Source of the DNA: Octopus sinensis
Taxonomy: Eukaryota
DNA: 64,000 bases
Assembly (NCBI RefSeq): GCF_006345805.1
Contig: NC_043002.1
Coordinates: forward strand, 76,074,001 to 76,138,000
Direction: 5' to 3'
Position 1 is the stretch's first letter. Each line of letters opens with the position of its first letter. The position numbers were made by a program, and so were the translations under genes. Under the pieces are notes generated by a model, which worked only from the letters and a program-made list of their open reading frames with translations, was not told the DNA's origin and searched no databases. This document shows, piece after piece, positions 54,971 through 64,000 of the stretch.

Positions 54971-55245
54971 TCAACAAGTTTCAAACAGACAATCTGTTTA
55001 CTCTAAACAATTCCGAACTTCAAATGCAATTATCTGCATCAATATTTATTCTTAGAAAGACTACGCAGAAACTCACAACTCAATAACAAGTTCACTACCA
55101 CCACCACCGCCACCACCACCATCAACAACAACAACAACATGAAGAACAAGCTCATACATCCAATCATTCACACGTATTGGCACATATATTCACAGACACA
55201 CGCTTACACACACAAAGGCACCCTTAGCGACACGCACACGAAGTA

Positions 55246-55279
<34 letters not shown>

Positions 55280-55509
55280 AGAATATATACATAAACCAGT
55301 TTGGTACATACAGGTACATACATAGGAATATAGAATATAGAATATATATACAGACACGTGTGCGGAAATCGGTATTCAGAAGTGAACATGCACATTTGCC
55401 TATGCATATATACATATATACAAATACATATGTACATATCTGTACTGATATGTACATATCTGTACTGATATGTACATATATGTATATACCTCTCTCTCTC
55501 TCTCTCTCC

Positions 55510-55570
<61 letters not shown>

Positions 55571-55700
55571 AAGTTACCTGAAGTTTATTTTCTTTAAAAG
55601 CACGTTCAAACATAGTTTCAACCCACGTTCATTGCAGAACACATACGTTTATAAATGTACATATGTATATATATAGTGTGTGTGCGTGTGAATATACATG

Positions 55701-55757
<57 letters not shown>

Positions 55758-55780
55758 CTATATATTATATATTATATATA

Positions 55781-55835
<55 letters not shown>

Positions 55836-56623
55836 TATATGTAATATATATTATTATACATATATATATACACATATATATATAGAGGTATATATATATA
55901 TATAAGTGTGTGTGTGTATATATATATATACATATATGTATATATATACACGCACATACACAGAGGCATGCATACAATCACACATACATGTTTGAATACA
56001 CTCACACATTCCAATACATGTACATGTGCGTCAGACAAAAAGTTCGTATGCATATATAGACGTCTAGATGTTGCCGCAAATACACAATCTGACACAAAAT
56101 TCACACACACAGACACACACATACGTGTGTGTGTATGTGTATGAATATGTATGTGTATATACGCGCACACGCATGTTGGCGTGTGTACGTATGTATACAT
56201 TCGAACACACCAGGTGTATTTCGGAAAGGGCCTAGTTAAACAGACGTCCCTGCAATCGTATGATTTCCTATTTATTTTAGTATGTGGCATCTTGGGTAAG
56301 AGTGTTGTATTTCGTTATGGTTTGATGCAACCCTTGTGAGGAAAATTCGGGAGATGAATATATTTAAGGGAATTTTCTGTGATGAAGGAAGTCGGATATG
56401 TGTGTATAAGTGCGCCTGTACGCGCTTGCGTGTGGGTGTAATTTTCTAAGTTTCTTCTACGTGGTATGTCAAAGTGGACAGCATCTCACTTTATAAACCA
56501 AACCGCCGGAGTTATGCAAAGAAGAACAATCAGATGAGTTTCTTTCGCCTTTCCTTTTTCTGAGTCGCACTTCTACCACGTTTTAGTAAACTGAAAAAAA
56601 TACAAGATACGGATGGTATCTCT

Positions 56624-56809
56624 CTTTGACTGCAGCCATGCTGGAGCACCGTCTTTAGTCGAGCAAATCCACCCCAGGACTTATTCTCTGCAAGCCTTGT
56701 ACTTATTCTATCGGATCTCTTTTGCAGAACCGCTAAGTTACGGTGACATAAACACAACCAGCATCGGTTGTCAAGCGATGTTGGAGGACAAACACAGAAC
56801 CACAAACAC

Positions 56810-56865
<56 letters not shown>

Positions 56866-56901
56866 AAAAATATATATATATAAACATATCTATAAATATA
56901 T

Positions 56902-56932
<31 letters not shown>

Positions 56933-57143
56933 CATACATACATATATATATATATGTAATATATAATATATATACGACGGGCTTCTTTCAGTTTCCGTCT
57001 ACCAACCAAATCCACTCACAAGGCTTTGGTCGGCCCGAGGCTATAGTAGAAGACACTTGCCCAACGTGCCACGCAGTGGGACTGAACCTGGAACCATGTG
57101 GTTGGTAAGCAAACTACTTACCACACAGCCACTCCTGCGCCTA
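56624..57143 (-). mobile_element. Family A CORE-like SINE, full length
   Basis: Close match to the reverse complement of 7990-8396. Confidence 0.85.
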
Positions 57144-57329
57144 CAACAAAATACAAGCTAAAAAACAAAATTATCAGAAAATTCAGTCACTCATTCATCA
57201 TGTGTGACAAGAAACTATTTACTGAGAATGATTAGGAGTTAGGAGAATTTTGTGTAATACTAACGCTGTTTAGCAATGATATAAGAAAGGAATTTGAACT
57301 TGATAAGAGGGGAAAACTCACCCACGACA

Positions 57330-58960
57330 TCATCCATCAGACTTGACCTAGACATCATTATACAAGAAGCACTCATAAATATTTGTGCATAAACAAAGAC
57401 GGCAGAATCCATCTCGTTCAAATGAAGAAAAAGTTGTAAAAAGACTGAATAGTAAGGCTAGTGCTAAAAACTGCGCTTAGCTCTAAAAATTGTGATAAAG
57501 TTACCAACACTTTAGCTGCATCTGAGGACAATATGGTTTCAGTGTCATCATCTCGAATCTATCTGACAATGAGACTGTTTGGAAGAACGGTTAAACTTCT
57601 CACTACCGGCAAAATACCTCACTTTAAGGCAAACCTCAGCTATCTCTATTTGCAATGAAAATAAGGTGAAAGAGGACACGATTGACCTGCAAATATAATT
57701 AAACATAACCAAAGACTGAATAATGTTATTGGTAAAGACCACGAAAACAAGAATGGACAGCATTCTGCAACGAAACAGGTAGAGAAATGCTGAGGAAAAC
57801 TAAGAATCAATAAGATAAAAATTGCAAATGGAGCTAACTTCAACTAAGGTTTCCAAAATCTACAGAATTGAAGTAGAGTCTGAGGGCCTTAAAACTTTGA
57901 AAAGTAAATGTCAACAAAATCTCTGCACGACCAACCACAAATTAATCAGTGGTCGTAATGCCCAGGGTTAAAAGACGAAACAAAGGGTTCATCCATGCTC
58001 CCCCATGACCAGGACTTATGTACGAAAAAACACAATGCAAACGTTCTAGTCTCAAAATGCAGAATCTGTGACGAACAAGTTGAGACTATCGACCATATGC
58101 TTTCACAATATTCCATTTTGGCAAGAACTGAAAATAAAGTTAGGCATGGTCAAGTTGGCCAATATATTTACTAGACACAATGTAAATATTATGATGTAGA
58201 CACAGGAAAAACTAGTATGAACACTATCCGCAATTAGTAATCGAAGTAAAAGAGACTTATCCGTCTCCACGGACTGCGCCATAAGCGTCAATCGACCCGT
58301 TAATATTGTTAAAGATTTTGAAAATAAAACATGACTGTTCATTGATATGATTACACCATCTGACAAAAATATATCTGCAAAAAAACATAACAAATTTGCG
58401 AGAGGAAAGCGTTATTCATATAGTAAGTGAATGTAGCATGCTGGCACAGAAAGAATACAAGAAAAGACATGGCAATCTAGAGAGAGCAATCCACCGGGAA
58501 CTTTGTAGAAATCTAGGATTTGAACATACTAATAAATAGTATGAACATGAACCTAGTAAAGTACCAGAAGGTAAGAAGTACATTTTTGTGGGACTTTAAC
58601 ATTCAGATTGACAGAGTAATAGAAGCTAGAAGGCCTGATTTGGTAAAGATAATAGAAAGTGCCAGATAATTGAATCTACAGTCCCAAATGATGAAAAATT
58701 TAATAGGCGAAGCTTAGAAAAAACTATCAAAGTATCAGGGCCTAACTATTGAATTACAGAGACTATGGAAAGTGCGGGTAAAATGTATCCCAGTAGTTAT
58801 AGGTGCATTAGCAACTATCCCTGAAGATTTGTTCCAGATGGATAGAGAAAACAGGCATAAAAGCCAGTTTAGTACAGCTGCAGAAAACAGTATTATTAGG
58901 GACAGCTAGGATACTTAGATGGGTTCTTGGCATCTACGGCAAATTCTTGTAGCCCGATGT
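57330..58960 (+). pseudogene. Old, degraded R4/Dong-like LINE fragments (C-terminal region; probably two pieces)
   Basis: SKCRICDEQVETIDHML; IVSECSMLAQKEYKKRH; WDFNIQIDRVIEARRPDL; KYQGL.IEITRLWKVRVKCIPVVIGAL. Confidence 0.75.
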
Positions 58961-59024
58961 TAGGATTCTTTTCTTTTCCAACAGTCTAATCTCCCGAGTG
59001 TATATGAATAATGATAATCCTTTA

Positions 59025-59095
<71 letters not shown>

Positions 59096-59096
<1 letters not shown>

Positions 59097-59974
59097 GAGC
59101 CATGATAAAACGATGGCAAGAAAAGCCCCTTCATGGTAAATACTGGACTAAACTAAACGCAAAAGAAATAGACAAAGAAAAATCCCAGCAATGGTTGAGA
59201 AGCTCAGGACTCAAAGCAGAAACAGAGGGATTTTTAATTGCAGCACAAGACCAAAGCCTCCCCACCAGAAATTACCAAAAACATGTAATGAAAAGAAATA
59301 TTACAAGTAACTGCAGAATAGTGGAGATGGACAAGAAACAATAAATCATATTATCGCTAGCTGCCCAGTCCTGGCTAAGAAGGAATATATTCACAGACAT
59401 GACAGAGTTGGAACCTACATACATTGGAAGCTATGTCAACATTATGGAATAACAACAGAAAAAAGATGGTATAAGCACACACCAGAAAAGGTCACAGAAA
59501 CGAGCAAAGCAACCATACTCTGGGATATGGCCGATACACACAGATAGAGAAATTAGGCCAGGCCAACAGACCAGATATAGTTGTCAGAGATCATGAAGGA
59601 AAAAAATGCTTTCTAATTGATGTATCAATACGGCAGATGACAACGTGTCTCTAAAAGAAATGGAGAAACTCTCAAAATACAAAGACCTGGAAATAGAGGT
59701 AACTAGAATGTGGAACCTGAAAACAGAAACAATTCCTATCATAGTAGGTGCATTAGGCATGATAAAAAATATTCAGACAAATACATAAACAAAAACACCA
59801 GGACTTACAAACACATATAACATACAGAAAATTGCACTACTAGGCACTGCACACATCCTACGCAGAACACTTCCATACAATAACCATCAGAGCACAATAA
59901 ATCACAGCACATACCCAAGGCACACAGAGCTGCGCTCGGTAGTGAAGTGAAAGCACGCTATAAAAATAAAACTA

Positions 59975-59980
<6 letters not shown>
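59096..59980 (+). mobile_element. 5'-truncated R4/Dong-like LINE (same family as 13690-15530), between (TAA)n tracts
   Basis: KRWQEKPLHGKYW...LKAETEGFLIAAQDQSLPTRNY; 3' UTR is the reverse complement of 13690-13790. Confidence 0.9.
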
Positions 59981-60010
<30 letters not shown>

Positions 60011-60020
60011 CCTTTAGTAG

Positions 60021-60059
<39 letters not shown>

Positions 60060-60218
60060 CATAAATATGATGAGTGTGTGTTTGTGTGTGTGCATATGTA
60101 TGCGTATAGGTATATATAGAGAGGGAGAAAACTACACATGCACAGAGAAACGCCATTCGCACATGCACACAAACAAATGTGTGTGTGTGTGTGTATGTGT
60201 GTGTGTGTGTATGTGTGT

Positions 60219-60273
<55 letters not shown>

Positions 60274-60464
60274 TGTGTATTTGTGGGAGTAAATAAGTGT
60301 TGGTGTATGTAAAATTCTCTGCCTAATAACATCTGCGATTTAACAGGAAACGATAAATAGTAAATATAAAATGGGAAACCAAAAGGTCTCCAAGAATCTG
60401 TAAATTATGCGCCATTGGAAAATATCGTAAGACACGAAATACACACTTACTAAGTAACAGAAAT

Positions 60465-61345
60465 CATCATCATCATTGTTCGACCGTGGTCGAGACAATG
60501 GAATTTACCATGCTACGCCAGACTTCACGGTCCATCATGGCATTACGGAGGTCCTGTTGCTGGATGCCTGTATCCCTGGAGATTACATCAGGGTAGGAGA
60601 GTGTGCGCCCTCTGGTATTGCGAGTAGATGGCTTCCAGAGGAGAAGAGTAGAAATTACTTCTTTTTCAGCTCTACAACAATGTCCAGCAAACTGGACTCT
60701 CCTACCTTTCACAAGAGATGACACAGGTGGTAGTTTCCCATATATTTGCATTTTGGTTGGATGGCGCTTCCACGAGAGATTTTGAGCTCTCATAAGGAGG
60801 CGAGTGTAGGTTCCATCCAACCGCCTCTCAAGCTTCTTTGATAACGTCCAGGTTACTGAGCCATATAGTAGAATTGGTTCGACTGTGGCTTTGAATATTT
60901 CAAGTTTGAAGTCTCTACTTAGATTTGATGACCAGATCTTATGCATGTTTACAGGCTGACCGGCCATACCCTTTCTAGTTAGAAAGTCTTTTCCAGATGA
61001 TGATATGTATGACCCAAGATATTTATAATCAGAAACCATATTTAAGGGCGCGTTGTTGAGAGTATGGATGATGCAATCACTGTTGGACAGGTACCTATTT
61101 ATGTATTCAGTTTTGGCCTCATTGAGGTAAAGACCTACACAATTTGAGGCTTGTTCGAGAGATTGTAAAAGAGACTGGGCATTGGAGAGAGAATCACTGA
61201 TGAGAGCGATGTCGTCAGCAAAGTCAGTGTCTGTCAAGTACTCAGATGGGTGTCTGGAACTTCTTCTTGGTTTTATTTCAAAGCCCTTGCCAGAGATGGT
61301 ATCAACTGACATACGTAGCACATAATCAACAACAATGATGAAAAA
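60465..61345 (-). pseudogene. 5'-truncated RTE-clade LINE with a nearly intact RT C-terminal ORF and (TGA)n tail
   Basis: LTDTDFADDIALI...VGLYLNEAKTEY...YKYLGS...VEPILLYGSVTWTL...RRVQFAGHCCR...AMMDREVWR. Confidence 0.9.
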
Positions 61346-61792
61346 GGATTTCTCATTTCTTTTCATCAACAGAAATGAGAGATCCTCATATCGCAAGAGA
61401 AACAAAAAGAAAAAATTCATCTTCAAAAATTAATACGACTTCAACTTCAAACCCGATAATATATTTAGATCCGCAGGTACATACTTGCCAAAAAAAAAAC
61501 ACCTACAAGAATGGAAACGCAAAGCCCGAACTAGACACATCTTACATCTCCTATAGGTCAAACACATAGAGACAAATTAAAGAATCCTTTAATGAAAAGC
61601 ATAATCAAACGTACTGAAACATATCAGAACATAAGAAAGAAAGCAACCAGTTCTGGTGACAATATAGATATTCACATGTGCCCACATAAATAAACAAAGA
61701 AAGACTCCTAAAATTCTATAATTAAAAATATCATATGATATATCACATAATATATAAATAAGAACACGCCTTCCTCCGAATACATATGTATA

Positions 61793-61955
61793 GGCGCAGG
61801 CGTAGCTTTGCAGTAAGAAGCTTGGTCCCCAAGAAAATGGTTGCAGGTTCAGTCCCGATGCGAGGCACCTTGTGCAAGTGTCCTCTACTATAGCTTCGGG
61901 ACGACCAAAGCCTTGTGAGGGGATTTAGTAGATGGAAGCTGAAAGGGGTCTGTCG

Positions 61956-62049
<94 letters not shown>

Positions 62050-62250
62050 TCCCCCCACCATCGCTTGACAACCGACGTTGGTGTACCTACGTCCCTGAAA
62101 CTTAGCGGTTCGACAAAAGAGACCGATAGAATAAGTGCTAAGCTTACAAAGAACAAGTCCTGGGATCGATTTCTTCGACAAAAGTCATCCTTTAAGACGG
62201 TGCTCCAGCATGGCCGCAGTCAAATAACTAATACAAGTAAAATGATAAAA
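61793..62250 (+). mobile_element. Family A CORE-like SINE
   Basis: Collinear with 7990-8396. Confidence 0.85.
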
Positions 62251-63138
62251 GAATAAATGAATTAAAGTATAAGAGAATACACTCAAACTAAAAACATCTA
62301 AAGATCTACAATTCAAAGAACACATGATAAACAAATTGGTATCTTTATTTAGATAAAGAGATCACCTCAATCTGCCATACCAATCAGAGATATGACCAAA
62401 AGAAAATTCCTACCACATTACTAAATGTCGCTCAAGCTTGACACATATACAAACATTCTTCCTAAACCAGATTTTTATTATGTTTGTATGTTTATATAGA
62501 TACTTAAACATAAGATAAAAAAAATAAAGCCTGACCACAACGTACATGAACGCACAGGCACAAACAAATATACTTATGATACTTCAAACAAAAGTCGTCA
62601 ATTAGCTTGACAGAAAATTCAATAAGATAGACCAAATACAAAACAAAATCCCAAACACATAAGGCAAAAAACACTCAACCATGAAATAACATTTACAACA
62701 TCATAAACTCCTCCAGTAAATAAATATGTCCTTAATCAGTTTTACATCGAAATTTACTCAAGAACAAGTCATTAACATTCCTTAATCTTGACCAAAGCAG
62801 AATGATCACCAACGCAAACAGCGTTACGAAAAAAAAAAACATACAAAAAACATTAATTAGATTAACTGGTAAATTCCGTAAATAAAACAGCAAAATATTT
62901 TAAAATATATCCTCTCATCAATAAATACAAGAAAAATAAGCAGCACGCTAGAGGAAATTAATCAATCACGAGGCAGAAAATTAACTCTTAGTTCGCAGTT
63001 ATATAAGCAAAATCAATCAAGACACAAGCAAGTGACCACCGCAACACAGTCGAATATAATTTACCACCAAAACAATTTCTCACAATTCTAGCCTGCAGAT
63101 TGTAGAAGCAGGAAACTCAAGTTGCGAGGTTAATCCTC

Positions 63139-63198
<60 letters not shown>

Positions 63199-63439
63199 CA
63201 TGTGCGTCTGCCTGTGTGTGTGAATATATAGGTTATGAGAGGTGATGGTGTAAAGAAGACCTAAAAGTGTCAGGTAATGCTGAGTAAGTGCTATGGACAG
63301 ACTATAGTTAAGCTCCAGGTTCGGTGATTATGCGAACGAGGAGTCCAACGTAGGTCATATATGAGCATGTGTATATATAAAAAAAATAACAGAATGGGAT
63401 AAAAGCTGTGAAAGATTTCAGAACATTTATAAATAAAAG

Positions 63440-63487
63440 GTCTTACATCTGTTTCCGGGATAATTTATATATCCCTTCATCGGAGAC
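63440..63487 (-). ncRNA. Mirror copy of the minimal HHR-like motif, partly mutated
   Basis: gtct-CCGATGA-agggata...tatcccg-GAAA-cagatg-TA-agac on the minus strand. Confidence 0.5.
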
Positions 63488-63737
63488 GGTGTGAGAAGAT
63501 GGTTAAGCAATAGTTATTCTAGATAAGATATGAAATAGAGAGTGAAGTGGAGGAATGAAAATAGACGTGAGATATGCAGGGATATTGTGTCTACAGTTCC
63601 ATTATTTAGGCCGAATGGTATACATATAAAATTCCTGTACCTTGTGAGTAGGTTCCAATAGTATTTTCATTCTTCCACTTCACTGTCTACTTCATATCTT
63701 ATCTAGAATAACTATTGCTTAACCATTTTCTCACACC

Positions 63738-63785
63738 GTCTCCGATGAAGGGATATATAAAATATCCCTGAAACAGCTGTAAGAC
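63738..63785 (+). ncRNA. Minimal type I HHR-like motif with CCGATGA core (cleavage after 63781)
   Basis: gtct-CCGATGA-agggatat(ataaa)atatccct-GAAA-cagctg-TA-agac; palindromic stem III ACAGCTGT. Confidence 0.7.
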
Positions 63786-64000
63786 CTATTTATAAATGCT
63801 CTGAAATCTTTCATACCCTTGGGTTTTTATTGCAGAACAGTCGTTGTATTAATGAGTTATATCTAATTATCACCGGAAGAGACACATCTACGCCGATGGA
63901 TGCCTCTAAACCAGTTGTTTAGTATCCCACCTATGAGGGATGGATGCTAGATGGGTCGAAACAATTGTAGTGGTTAAAAATTTCGTATCTTCTATCGTCC

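Larger units (their letters stand above)
63233..63813. mobile_element. Penelope pLTR-like element: ~155-bp imperfect inverted arms (63409-63563 and 63662-63813) with a left extension
   Basis: Arms are reverse complements; each carries an HHR-like motif; extension homologous to 33463-33680. Confidence 0.75.

Noticed and set aside
54432-54984. Proline-, glycine- or leucine-rich ORFs
   Set aside because: Low-complexity (GGA)/(GTA) tract; no splice or start context
63927-63973. HHR-like motif ccac-CTATGA...GAAA-caattg-TA-gtgg at the window end
   Set aside because: Core lacks G5 and stem II does not pair; possible relic, but cannot be supported and is cut by the window edge

Overview
AT-rich, microsatellite-saturated animal genomic DNA, probably intronic or intergenic. 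The SINE types and the extreme (TA)n/(CA)n/(TAA)n load suggest an octopus/coleoid cephalopod (inference). No intact host gene is recognisable: nearly all ORFs in the supplied track are microsatellite artefacts, and there is one candidate spliced exon at 7261-7382. The window holds several R4/Dong-like non-LTR retrotransposons (one near full length, 44220-48245), CR1 and RTE fragments, a full-length mariner, a Tc1 remnant, a pogo-like MITE, a Helentron-like non-autonomous element and more than 20 tRNA-derived SINE copies. The main finding is a set of type I hammerhead ribozyme (HHR) motifs in at least four sequence-unrelated families, all found by hand. The first is a 478-bp HHR-bearing monomer present as a head-to-tail tandem array plus an inverted copy (9026-10967), with a second locus at 50467-51159; this resembles a retrozyme or circular-RNA-forming element. 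The others are a 219-bp near-perfect palindrome (25445-25883), a 72-bp perfect hairpin (19320-19471) and a ~155-bp inverted repeat (63409-63813). All four share one layout: head-to-head inverted arms with a one-sided extension, set in microsatellite (mostly (TA)n). All predicted cleavage triplets are GUA. This layout resembles Penelope-like element pseudo-LTRs. Ribozyme activity and circRNA production are predictions, not demonstrated.
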